A DNA stretch of 24,000 nucleotides from Halotia wernerae UHCC 0503 (GTDB lineage Bacteria; Cyanobacteriota; Cyanobacteriia; Cyanobacteriales; Nostocaceae), in assembly GCA_034931985.1 (NCBI GenBank), contig JAYGHB010000031.1, positions 22,258 through 46,257 on the forward strand, given 5' to 3'. The notes beneath the pieces were generated by a model that was not told the DNA's origin, searched no databases, and saw only the letters and a program-made list of their open reading frames with translations. Position 1 is the stretch's first letter; each line of letters begins with the position of its first letter. This document shows positions 15,163-24,000 of the stretch, in pieces. The position numbers were made by a program, and so were the translations under genes.

Positions 15163-18100
15163 ATGACTAACTCTTCTAATCTAGAGCCTGACTCTAAATC
15201 TCCTGCCTGTAAGCGTCTGTGGTTACTGGTGTTGAGTCGTGGTGGCATTGCCTTGGGCGGAATTTTACTAGTTGGAATTGTTGGTGGTGCTTGGCGATTG
15301 TGGACTTTTGTACAAAAAGATTTAACGCCACTGGCGCAACAAAGTCTCACAACTACACTCAACCGTCCGGTAAACCTAGGAAAAGTTACAGATTTTTCCC
15401 TAACAAAAGTGCGCTTTGGGGCTTCAGCCATTCCTGCAACATCCACAGATCCAGATCGAGCTGTAGTCGATGCTGTAGAAGTAGCTTTTGATCCATTACA
15501 GTTAATTTTTAATCGTGAGTTAAAGCTAGATGTAACCTTAGTTAATCCAGACGTTTACATTGAGCAGGATGAGCAAGGGCGCTGGATCACTACTAGCATA
15601 GCGCCACCAGGTAAAGGCGGGCCGATTAAAACCGATTTGGACAAAATACGGTTCCGTAATGGCAAGCTGGCATTATTACCTCAGAGGAGGGCAGGGAACA
15701 GGGAGCAGGGGGCAGGGGGGGCAGGGGAGGTAAAATCTTTCTTACCTCCTGTGAGATTTTCACAACTTAGTGGCATTGCTCAACTGCTGAAAAACAATCA
15801 ATTGATTAACTTTGAAGCAGCAGGTAAAGCAGATGATGGTGGCAATGTTTCGATTCAGGGAGAGACACTTTCTAAGGTACTAGCAGGTAACTTTCATTTA
15901 CAAGCACAAAACTTTTTAGCTACTAATGTTACCCGTCTTGTCAAGTTACCGTTGAACTTACAGACGGGTCGAGTTGATGGTGACTTGCAAATTAAATTGA
16001 CACCAGAGCAGCCGACTTTATTGTTTGGTAGCGCTGACCTCAAAGGAGTAACAATTCAAGTTTCCCGCCTACCACAACTATTAATTAATAGCCAAGGCAA
16101 TCTCCGCTTCCAAGGAACAGAAATACAGCTAGACAAGGCTACTACCAGCTATGGCAAAATTCCCTTAGTAGCTACGGGAATTATCGACACTCAAGCAGGC
16201 TTTAAATTGGCAGGGCGTGTCAATGGGGTAAGTGTGGCAAATGCCCAAGAAACTTTGAAGTTGAAATTGCCTGTGCCTGTGACTGGGCAATTAAAAGCTG
16301 ATTTACAGCTGATTGGCCCAACTACTAAGCCTATTCTCTCAGGCACAGTTGCCACGATCAAACCTGCCCAAATAGACAAAGTTAATTTTAAAAGTATTAG
16401 TAGTCAATTTGAATTTGCTACAAGTGATTCTTTAATTACTTTGAGAGATATTCAGGGTAAAGCCGCACTTGGTGGAGAAATTACCGGGGCTGGCACAATC
16501 AAAGTGGGGAATACCCCGCAACTGAACTTAAACTTTGCCGCGAAGAATGTTCCTGGAGATGCGATCGCTCAAGTATATGACATTAAACCTAACTTTCAAA
16601 TCGGTACTCTTTCTGCTACAGCCCAAGTCACTGGCGCTCCTACCGATGCCAAAACTATAGTAAAATGGCAAGCCCCGGCAGCTACCTATCCCGGTACTGG
16701 TGAAGTTGTTGTCAATTCCGATCGCACTGTCTCTTTTCGCAATGTAGCTCTTAATGTCGGCGGTGGCTTAGTGCGGGCTTATGGCAGTTATGCTAATGAG
16801 CGTTGGCAAGCTGTCGCCAATGCCTCTGATATTCAGTTGCAGCGTTTTGTAGATAAAAATCAACTGCAAAATGTCTCTTTAGCAGGGGCAGAATTTAACG
16901 GTCGTCTCATCCTTTCAGGTACAACAGCGCCATTTCAAGTTGCTGCTGTTCGCACTGAAGAGGCCGGTGTGCAAATTGCTGGCGGGAGAATTGCCATTTC
17001 TCAAGTGCAACTAAAAGACGAAGGCTTTACCGCCCAATTAAAAGCTAGTGATGTAAGGTTGGGACGGATATTAAAAAATGCTCCCCCAGCTTTAAACAAT
17101 CCATTGGCGGGTACGTTCCAAATAGCAGGCAATAGAGAAAATTTCAGTTTAAAAACTTTACGTGGTACTGGTCAAGCCCAACTTGAAGTTGCAGGTGGCA
17201 CAGTCACAGCTAAAAATATTCAATTAGCTAATGGTGCATATCAGGCACAACTCCAAGCTAATAATGTTGCTGTGCAGCAGTTAGCAACAGTACCACCCCA
17301 ATTTCAAGGCAGGTTAACTGGTCAGTTTAATGTCGCTGGTTCAGTTGAATCTTTCCAACCACAAGCTATTCAAGCCGATGGTCAAGCACGGGTGAATTTT
17401 GGTAAAGGGACGATTACCGCTGCTAATATTCAATTAGCTAATGGTCGCTATCAAGCACAAGTCCAGGCGAATAATGTACCTTTGCAAGAATTGGCAGCAG
17501 TACCACCACAGTTTCAAGGAAAGTTAAATGGTCAATTGAATGTAGCTGGTTCAGTTGAGTCTTTCCAACCCCAAGCTATCCAAGCCAATGGTCAAGCACG
17601 GGTGAATGTTGCCGGGGGGACGATTACAGCATCTAACATTCAATTAGCTAATGGTCGCTATCAGGCTGTAGTTGATGCTACTGGTGTGGGATTAAATCAA
17701 TTTAATCAGCAGTTGCGGGGTGAGTTGGGTGGAAAGTTGCAAGTAGCTGGCACTTTAGGATCTGCCCAATTAGCTGATGTACGTGCTGCTGGTCAGGTGC
17801 AGTTATCTCAAGGCCTGGCTGGGATTGAGCGACCTTTAAACGCGGCGATCGCCTGGAATGGTCAAAAGCTAACTATTAATCAAGCTACTGCACCAGGTTT
17901 AAATGTCAGTGGTGAAATATTAGCCAATGCTAACAAAGCGGGTTTACCAGATATTACCCAATTAAATCTCAACGTCCAAGCCCAAAATTACGATCTTAAA
18001 CAATTACCGATTAATCTTCCTAATCAAGTGGCTTTGGCGGGGAAAGTCGATTTTGATGGTCAGGTGACTGGTAAGTTGCCCTTACCGAATGTCAACGGAC

Positions 18101-20847
18101 AAATCAAGTTACAAGATTTGGTAGTTCAAGGCTTGGCTTTTGAACCTTTATTAACTGGAAATGTTCGTTCAGCGCCGGGACAAGGTTTAAATTTAAATTT
18201 GACAGGTAATAATGATCGCATTGCTGTAAGTTTAGATGCTAATAATCGCCCCGAATCCTTTTTAGTGCGTTGGCAACAAGCCTCAGCCACAGGTAAAGTC
18301 CAAGGCAATGAATTGGCACTGCAACTAGAAAATTTACCCTTACAAGTTTTGAACTTGACTCCACCGCCAAATCTGCGTTTGGGTGGTGGTAAGATAGCTG
18401 GCTTATTAACTGGAAATTTGCAGATTAATCAGCAGAGATTGGCAGCTAGTGGAAGTGTGGTGATCGCAGATCCGAAATTTGGCCGCATTCGAGGCGATCG
18501 CTTAGCAGCTCAATTCCGTTATGAAAATGGTAAAGCCATACTTTCTAGTAGTCAATTCGTCAAAGGTAACAGTATTTATGCCTTTGCTGGTAATTTTGGT
18601 CAAACCCCCCAAGGGCCACAGTTACAAGGTAAGCTTAGCGTCACCCAAGGTAATATCCAAGATGTTTTGACAGTTGCACAGATATTTGAATTACAAGATT
18701 TTCAACGCGGTGCAGCCGAGCCAACTTATGGCACAGCAGCAGACCTCGCCACCTACGAGCGAGGTTTACCAGATCAACCATTATTAACTCAACTCCAGCG
18801 CTTTTATGAAGTTGAGGCCTTGCTAGCACAACAAGAACAACAACAAATTGATGCCAATCCCATACCAAATTTAGCAGACTTGCAGGGTACTTTTAACGGA
18901 GAAGTTGCTGTAAATACAGCTACAGATAATGGTTTATCAGTGCAATTTGATTTGAAAGGTCAAAACTTTGTTTGGGGTAGAGAAGAAGAACCCAGTCGTT
19001 TTTATAGTGCTAACACAATCATTGCCGAAGGTAGTTTTGAAAACGGCGTGTTGCAGTTACGACCTTTGCGGATTGTGTCTGAAGATGGCATCCTGGCTTT
19101 TGCTGGTAATATTGGCGGTGATGATCAATCTGGTCAGTTGCGGGTCAGAAATTTCCCCATAGAATTACTAAATAATTTTGTCAAACTCCCAGTGGGAATA
19201 ACGGGTAATCTCAATGCTACAGCAGCTTTAGCAGGTAGTACTGCTAATCCCCAAGCTAAAGGGGAATTACAAATTATCCAAGGAACACTCAATCAAAAGC
19301 CCATAGAGTCAGCTACCGCCAGTTTCAGTTATGCCGATGGACGCTTAAACTTTGGCAGTAACATCTCAGTTGCTGGGCCGGAACCTGTAAATATTACAGG
19401 CAGCATACCTTATCAGTTGCCCTTTGCGGCGGTAGCACCCCAAAGTAATCAAATCAGTTTGGATGTCAACGTCAAAGATCAAGGATTAGCACTGTTAAAT
19501 TTGTTTACTACCCAGGTGGCATTTGAAAATGGTGAAGGAACAGTAGACCTCAAGGTACGTGGAACAAGACAACAGCCAGAAGTAACTGGCATTGCAACTG
19601 TTAATAATGCCACTTTTTCAGCCCAGGCTTTGCCAGGAAAGCTGACAGATGTCACAGGTCAGGTTAATTTTAATTTTGACAGCATATTTGTAGAAAGTCT
19701 CCAGGGTAAATTTAGTCAAGGTAAAGTAGAAGCCGCTGGAGCAATTCCCATATTTAATAATGGGCAAACAAATATCGAAAATCCTCTGACTGTCAATGCC
19801 GAAAAGTTAGCCTTGAATCTTAAGGGCTTGTACCAAGGAGGCGCTAGTGGTAATTTACAGATTACTGGTTCTGCCCTCAACCCTTTAGTTGGCGGTAAGG
19901 TAAATTTATTTAACGGTCAAGTGTTGTTGGCAGAATCGACCAATTCTTCCACAGCTGGCGATCGCAATCTGGGCGTAGAACCTACAAAAGCCAACAAACA
20001 AGATAAAACTGAAAACACCAATGCGATCGCTAAGTTTAATGATTTAGAAATAGAGTTAGGCAAAAATGTCGAAGTTACTCGTCCACCTATTCTCAGTTTC
20101 CAAGCAACTGGCAACCTGACAGTAAACGGTTCTTTTGCTGATCCCATACCAGATGGGACTATCCGACTCAAGGAAGGTGGAGTGAATTTATTTACTACCC
20201 AATTTAAACTTGCTAATGGCAAAAATACGGCAACTTTTAGGTCTAATCAACCCCGCGACCCCATCTTAGATGTTCAGCTTTTTGCTAAAGTTGTAGATAT
20301 AGTTCAAAGTACTGATATTAGTAGGCCAAGTACTGCTGGATTAGGAGCTTTAGAGAGCGTCAGAGTCGAAGCCACTGTGAAAGGCTCTGCCAGTAAACTC
20401 AACGAAAACCTGGAACTTACCAGCAGTCCTTCACGAAGTCAAACAGAAATTGTCGCTTTATTAGGTGGTGGTTTTGTCGATACTGAAGGACGTGGCGATA
20501 GCACTTTAGGTTTAATTAACATCGCAGGTTCAGCCGTATTCAATAACTTTCAATCAGCTTTTAACCAGATTGGTAGTGCCTTCGGTTTAAGTGAATTTCG
20601 GATATTCCCCACCATCATCTCTGATAATCCTGAAGCAGGTAGGAGTAATTCAACCTTAGAATTGGCCGCAGAAGCTGGGGTTGATCTTTCTCCTAAGGTT
20701 TCTGTTTCTAGTATCAAAATTTTAACAGCAGATGATCCCTTCCAGTGGGGGATCAATTACCGTATAAATAATGAAATTCGTGTGCGTGCTTCTACTAATT
20801 TAGAAGATGACAGTCGTGCAGTAGTGGAGTATCAAACACGGTTTTAA
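15163..20847 (+). CDS. TamB-like translocation/assembly module (DUF490; cyanobacterial relative of Tic236)
   Basis: 1894 aa; N-terminal single TM (GIALGGILLVGIVGGAWRLW), repetitive AsmA/TamB beta architecture, C-terminal domain ...ILDVQLFAKVVDIVQS... SSPSRSQTEIVALLGGGFVD ... SVSSIKILTADDPFQWGINYRINNEIRVRASTNLEDDSRAVVEYQTRF*. Confidence 0.92.
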   Translation: MTNSSNLEPDSKSPACKRLWLLVLSRGGIALGGILLVGIVGGAWRLWTFVQKDLTPLAQQSLTTTLNRPVNLGKVTDFSLTKVRFGASAIPATSTDPDRAVVDAVEVAFDPLQLIFNRELKLDVTLVNPDVYIEQDEQGRWITTSIAPPGKGGPIKTDLDKIRFRNGKLALLPQRRAGNREQGAGGAGEVKSFLPPVRFSQLSGIAQLLKNNQLINFEAAGKADDGGNVSIQGETLSKVLAGNFHLQAQNFLATNVTRLVKLPLNLQTGRVDGDLQIKLTPEQPTLLFGSADLKGVTIQVSRLPQLLINSQGNLRFQGTEIQLDKATTSYGKIPLVATGIIDTQAGFKLAGRVNGVSVANAQETLKLKLPVPVTGQLKADLQLIGPTTKPILSGTVATIKPAQIDKVNFKSISSQFEFATSDSLITLRDIQGKAALGGEITGAGTIKVGNTPQLNLNFAAKNVPGDAIAQVYDIKPNFQIGTLSATAQVTGAPTDAKTIVKWQAPAATYPGTGEVVVNSDRTVSFRNVALNVGGGLVRAYGSYANERWQAVANASDIQLQRFVDKNQLQNVSLAGAEFNGRLILSGTTAPFQVAAVRTEEAGVQIAGGRIAISQVQLKDEGFTAQLKASDVRLGRILKNAPPALNNPLAGTFQIAGNRENFSLKTLRGTGQAQLEVAGGTVTAKNIQLANGAYQAQLQANNVAVQQLATVPPQFQGRLTGQFNVAGSVESFQPQAIQADGQARVNFGKGTITAANIQLANGRYQAQVQANNVPLQELAAVPPQFQGKLNGQLNVAGSVESFQPQAIQANGQARVNVAGGTITASNIQLANGRYQAVVDATGVGLNQFNQQLRGELGGKLQVAGTLGSAQLADVRAAGQVQLSQGLAGIERPLNAAIAWNGQKLTINQATAPGLNVSGEILANANKAGLPDITQLNLNVQAQNYDLKQLPINLPNQVALAGKVDFDGQVTGKLPLPNVNGQIKLQDLVVQGLAFEPLLTGNVRSAPGQGLNLNLTGNNDRIAVSLDANNRPESFLVRWQQASATGKVQGNELALQLENLPLQVLNLTPPPNLRLGGGKIAGLLTGNLQINQQRLAASGSVVIADPKFGRIRGDRLAAQFRYENGKAILSSSQFVKGNSIYAFAGNFGQTPQGPQLQGKLSVTQGNIQDVLTVAQIFELQDFQRGAAEPTYGTAADLATYERGLPDQPLLTQLQRFYEVEALLAQQEQQQIDANPIPNLADLQGTFNGEVAVNTATDNGLSVQFDLKGQNFVWGREEEPSRFYSANTIIAEGSFENGVLQLRPLRIVSEDGILAFAGNIGGDDQSGQLRVRNFPIELLNNFVKLPVGITGNLNATAALAGSTANPQAKGELQIIQGTLNQKPIESATASFSYADGRLNFGSNISVAGPEPVNITGSIPYQLPFAAVAPQSNQISLDVNVKDQGLALLNLFTTQVAFENGEGTVDLKVRGTRQQPEVTGIATVNNATFSAQALPGKLTDVTGQVNFNFDSIFVESLQGKFSQGKVEAAGAIPIFNNGQTNIENPLTVNAEKLALNLKGLYQGGASGNLQITGSALNPLVGGKVNLFNGQVLLAESTNSSTAGDRNLGVEPTKANKQDKTENTNAIAKFNDLEIELGKNVEVTRPPILSFQATGNLTVNGSFADPIPDGTIRLKEGGVNLFTTQFKLANGKNTATFRSNQPRDPILDVQLFAKVVDIVQSTDISRPSTAGLGALESVRVEATVKGSASKLNENLELTSSPSRSQTEIVALLGGGFVDTEGRGDSTLGLINIAGSAVFNNFQSAFNQIGSAFGLSEFRIFPTIISDNPEAGRSNSTLELAAEAGVDLSPKVSVSSIKILTADDPFQWGINYRINNEIRVRASTNLEDDSRAVVEYQTRF
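15684..15730 (+). repeat. G-rich low-complexity tract inside the tamB-like ORF
   Basis: GAGGAGGGCAGGGAACAGGGAGCAGGGGGCAGGGGGGGCAGGGGAGG, translated RRAGNREQGAGGAGE; resembles G/A-rich tracts otherwise seen intergenically (e.g. 14885-14901). Confidence 0.75.
17221..17700 (+). repeat. Tandem 210-bp (70-aa) repeats in the tamB-like gene, two full units plus a partial third
   Basis: Units begin at CAATTAGCTAATGG 17221, 17431 and 17641 (exact 210-bp spacing): IQLANGxYQAQxQANNVxxQxLAxVPPQFQGxLxGQxNVAGSVESFQPQAIQAxGQARVNxxxGTITAxN. Confidence 0.9.
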
Positions 20848-20920
20848 CTTATAAATAAGATAATTAAGCTCCTCATAAAATTTCAAAACTTAATTTCTTC
20901 TTACTTGCCAATATCCATTG

Positions 20921-21478
20921 CTACTCGAAGAACTCTATCGAGTTTAAAATCTCACTGCAAGTTTCTTCTGGTGTCTTGCCTTTTGTGTATACTATAAACT
21001 TCGCAAGCTCATAATTTGAAGCGTGTCTAACAAAGTGTTCGTTGATGTTTGGTTTATCATCTGGCACATACTGATTGCGCTCATTGAGAATTTGCACTGA
21101 CTCATCTTTATTGGATGATGGAAGTAAAAGAACAACATTAGGATATGGTGCTAAAGCTTGTTGAACTCTTTGGAATAGAGCAGCGTCCTCATACACGGAA
21201 TGACCACCCCCAAAATCGATAACGCATTGGTTATGTGACGATAGCAGCCTTTCAACAGCATAGGCTTCAAATGGCTTCCAATACTGATATATTCCCCAGA
21301 AACCCTCAGTTTCTCGCTTATGCTTTGCTAATTCCTCGTCATAACCGATCTCAAAGTAGTATTCCCACCGTAGATCATCCATTGAGTATTGAATTAGACC
21401 AAGCCTAGAAGCTAAAAACGCCCCAATCGTAGTTTTGCCAGCACCAATTGGGCCAATGAGAATAATATCTAATTTCAT
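20921..21478 (-). CDS. Shikimate-kinase-like P-loop kinase/ATPase
   Basis: 185 aa; MKLDIILIGPIGAGKTTIGAFLASRLGLIQYSMDDLR (Walker A), VIDFGGGHSVYED. Confidence 0.75.
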   Translation of the reverse strand: MKLDIILIGPIGAGKTTIGAFLASRLGLIQYSMDDLRWEYYFEIGYDEELAKHKRETEGFWGIYQYWKPFEAYAVERLLSSHNQCVIDFGGGHSVYEDAALFQRVQQALAPYPNVVLLLPSSNKDESVQILNERNQYVPDDKPNINEHFVRHASNYELAKFIVYTKGKTPEETCSEILNSIEFFE

Positions 21479-21648
21479 GTGATTCTATTAATACTTATTG
21501 CAGCGATCGCTCTTTGATGCTTTTCCCTTACCAGTAGCCTTATAACTTTTACCATGCCTCATGGCGGTTTAACCAATACTGGAGTTAGAAGAAAGCTTTT
21601 TCAAATGTTCAATCCGGCAGCACAGCAACCTCTGAACCATTGCCGTTG

Positions 21649-21798
21649 ATGCTCTTTAATGAAATTTCAAAGCAGTTGGGAATGAGCGATCGTACAGTTA
21701 AGAAACATTGGGAAAATATTTACGAGAAATTTGGTGTTCAAACCCGCCTTGGTGCTGTCATTTACGCATTGCAAAAATTGGGTATTGTCACTCTTTAA
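21649..21798 (+). pseudogene. Orphan LuxR/FixJ-type HTH fragment without receiver domain
   Basis: MLFNEISKQLGMSDRTVKKHWENIYEKFGVQTRLGAVIYALQKLGIVTL*; C-terminal HTH of a NarL/LuxR-type regulator. The in-frame upstream stop at about 21579 leaves no room for a receiver. Confidence 0.65.
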
Positions 21799-21874
21799 AT
21801 GTCTATATCAGTGTTCAGTTATTATTGTTCGCTGAACACTGATTTTACTTAAATTTAACTTAAAAATTGGGAGT

Positions 21875-24000
21875 TCATACTGCTATCATTTCCGGTTCAG
21901 TAGGATATAAATTACCAAAAAAGTCATAGTGATCAAGTGCTTCCAAAATTCCCCAAGCATACTGTCCTTGAGAAAAGTAAACTTGTGGATAGGCACGCAA
22001 CTTTTCAATTTCTTTGCTATAGTTGCCAACAACCACAGCTAGTGTATTCCCGGCTAGCATAGATTCATCATTACCTGATGCACCTGCTACTAAAAATCTT
22101 TTGATTGGTAATCCCCATTTCAAAGCACAATAACGAATGGCATCTCCTTTAGAAGCCCGGATAGGTAACAGATCAAGATACATATTATGGCTATAAATTC
22201 CTTTGACGTGGAGCCTTCGCCGTCGCAGATGACGCATAATTTCCTTGAAGCTCATAGATTTCTCTTCATCGATAAAGTAGCTGAGTTTGAACTTACCTTG
22301 GACTTCTGGAGGTTGTAGCATCACTCCTGGTAGTTCCTCCATAGCTTCACGAACAGCATCAAGTTGCCAACGATAGCTAATATGTTTTTGCCAGTTCGTA
22401 TCCGTGACAACTTGAGGGCCATAGTAAATTTCGCTACCTGTTGATACAATCATCAAGTCTGGCATTGGAAACCGCCATTCTTCCAGCATCTCTAAGGAAC
22501 TTTCTAAGTTTCGTCCGGTAGCAATTCCTACTCCGGTTGTATGGCCTTCATTATGCAGTCGCTCAATTAGTTTTTGCAGGGCTTCTTGGTCGCCTAATAA
22601 GGTATTATCGATTTCGCAAACAAGAAAACGATCTGCGGTTGGTAAGCGGTTTTTTTCGGGTATGTTCCAATCAGGCAGACGGCTGGCTGGAGCTTGCGGT
22701 AAGGGGCTGAGCAGTGATTGAACTCTTCGTTGGGGCAACTGCTGTACCTGTTCGAGATATTGTTCTACATGACTATCCCAAGAAAAATGTTGTCGGACGC
22801 TATTTAAGCCATTGGTAGACCAACGTTGCCATTGTTCGGTATCAGTTAGCGCCGTTCGTAGAGCATCCTGAATCTGTTTAATATCCAGAGGGTCAATTAG
22901 CATCCCATTATTGCAAGCTGCCAGGATATCTCGTGGGCCACCATCAGATGTAGCGATAATTGGTACACCGCAAGCTGTAGCTTCGATTAAGGTGAGGCCA
23001 AATGGCTCGGTTAATGCCGGATTAATAAAGACCCCTCGTGTTTTTGCTAGCAATCGATATAGTTCAGGAACCTCGTCACTGCTGTGGTGTTTAGGATGGG
23101 CAACGTAACCGTAAAGGTCGTAGCGGTCTATTAACTGAAATATTTCTGTAAGTACCTGACGTGGGCCTGATTCCATCGTCGTGATATCATCTCGGTTTCC
23201 TAACACCAGGACTAGGTTTGCTAAGTGCCGCAACTGTGGATCTTCGCCGTATGCTTTGACAAGTGTATTGACATTTTTACGCATTGCCGGACGAGACAGA
23301 GCCATCACAATCGGCTTTTGAGGGTCTTTAAGAAATCGTTTCAATTCCTCATAAATTGGTGGTTCCTGCCAATTTGAAGGAACTGGGTAAAAGCGCTCAA
23401 GTACTACGCCAGGAGGAATTACAACCATTCGTTGCGGCTGATAGTGATCGTAAATGCCGTACTGTTGTGTTACTTCTTGATTGGTACTGGCGATGACTAA
23501 TGCTGCGCTGGCAAGAGTGGTTTCTTCAGCTTCAATTCGTGTACTGATATGAAAAGTGTTTTCAATAGTTTCCGGTTTGGTTCCCTGCTCTAACATTCGT
23601 TGGTGTTTTACCCGTCCGAGGGAATGACCAGTATGCACAAGCGGTACACCTAACCAACCAGCAACCCGACAACCCACATATCCAGCGTCGGCGTAATGGC
23701 TGTGAATGACATGGGGTAATTTTCCTATTTGGCGTAGGTGCTTAAGTAATTCATCTGCAAAGTTATCTAAATGTGGCCAAAGAACTTCTTTGCGGAGATA
23801 GCGACGCGGACCGCAGTTTAGGCGAATAATTTGAGCTTTGTCACAAAGAACTTCTACAGGTTGAGCGTAGTCAGAGCTGACTTTTGGATCGTTAACTAAA
23901 CGAGTTACTAAATCTACACGTTCTACTTGTGGGTTTGCGGCCAAGGCTTGAGCAAGTTCTATCACATACTTCGTTTGTCCACCCGTGTCAGCATCTCGTC
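21875..24000 (-). CDS. spsA: Sucrose-phosphate synthase, GT4 domain plus C-terminal HAD phosphatase-like domain (N-terminus beyond window)
   Basis: Frame continues past the track's 23965 start to the window edge: RDADTGGQTKYVIELAQAL (classic sucrose synthase/SPS motif). HAD-like domain FLVCEIDNTLLGDQEAL ... LVAGASGNDESMLAGN. Confidence 0.9.
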   Translation of the reverse strand, partial: RDADTGGQTKYVIELAQALAANPQVERVDLVTRLVNDPKVSSDYAQPVEVLCDKAQIIRLNCGPRRYLRKEVLWPHLDNFADELLKHLRQIGKLPHVIHSHYADAGYVGCRVAGWLGVPLVHTGHSLGRVKHQRMLEQGTKPETIENTFHISTRIEAEETTLASAALVIASTNQEVTQQYGIYDHYQPQRMVVIPPGVVLERFYPVPSNWQEPPIYEELKRFLKDPQKPIVMALSRPAMRKNVNTLVKAYGEDPQLRHLANLVLVLGNRDDITTMESGPRQVLTEIFQLIDRYDLYGYVAHPKHHSSDEVPELYRLLAKTRGVFINPALTEPFGLTLIEATACGVPIIATSDGGPRDILAACNNGMLIDPLDIKQIQDALRTALTDTEQWQRWSTNGLNSVRQHFSWDSHVEQYLEQVQQLPQRRVQSLLSPLPQAPASRLPDWNIPEKNRLPTADRFLVCEIDNTLLGDQEALQKLIERLHNEGHTTGVGIATGRNLESSLEMLEEWRFPMPDLMIVSTGSEIYYGPQVVTDTNWQKHISYRWQLDAVREAMEELPGVMLQPPEVQGKFKLSYFIDEEKSMSFKEIMRHLRRRRLHVKGIYSHNMYLDLLPIRASKGDAIRYCALKWGLPIKRFLVAGASGNDESMLAGNTLAVVVGNYSKEIEKLRAYPQVYFSQGQYAWGILEALDHYDFFGNLYPTEPEMIAV

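Noticed and set aside
17221-17700. CRISPR-like periodic repeats
   Set aside because: Repeats are 210 bp, coding, contiguous and in frame with the TamB-like protein; no short repeat/spacer structure or cas gene is seen anywhere in the window.
15219-20756. Several 60-100 aa ORFs overlapping the TamB-like gene (15219-15491, 16191-16379, 18126-18308, 18641-18868, 18968-19162, 19917-20222, 20550-20756)
   Set aside because: All lie within a long, well-supported coding frame; none has a recognisable domain.
1-24000. Frequent GCGATCGC octamers
   Set aside because: These are the well-known HIP1 sites of cyanobacterial genomes, not a local novelty.

Overview
Cyanobacterial (Nostoc/Anabaena-like, HIP1-rich) chromosomal window, mostly ordinary core and accessory genes. 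In order: 3' end of a haemagglutinin/TPS-type exoprotein; GT4 glycosyltransferase; HepT-MntA (type VII toxin-antitoxin-like) pair; murG; secreted hypothetical; Crp/Fnr regulator; CheR-CheB-hybrid histidine kinase cluster; ExbB/TolQ-ExbD/TolR pair; small protein; SnoaL-like protein; Rieske oxygenase divergent from a TetR regulator; murQ; DUF3110 protein; giant TamB-like gene with internal 210-bp repeats; shikimate-kinase-like P-loop protein; orphan LuxR HTH relic; 5'-truncated (by the window) sucrose-phosphate synthase. The most unusual structure is at 1.7-2.6 kb. A ~700-bp cassette carrying mntA-hepT sits between two ~85-bp (~91% identical) direct repeats. Each repeat contains the end of murG, a 1-nt gap, and the start of the glycosyltransferase. 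The cassette therefore appears to have split a formerly contiguous murG-GT junction and left a 26-codon GT start relic and a murG tail relic. The hepT gene in it carries an in-frame TGA where a Trp would fit, and the frame reads on to a plausible natural C-terminus. I found no convincing wholly new multi-gene system.
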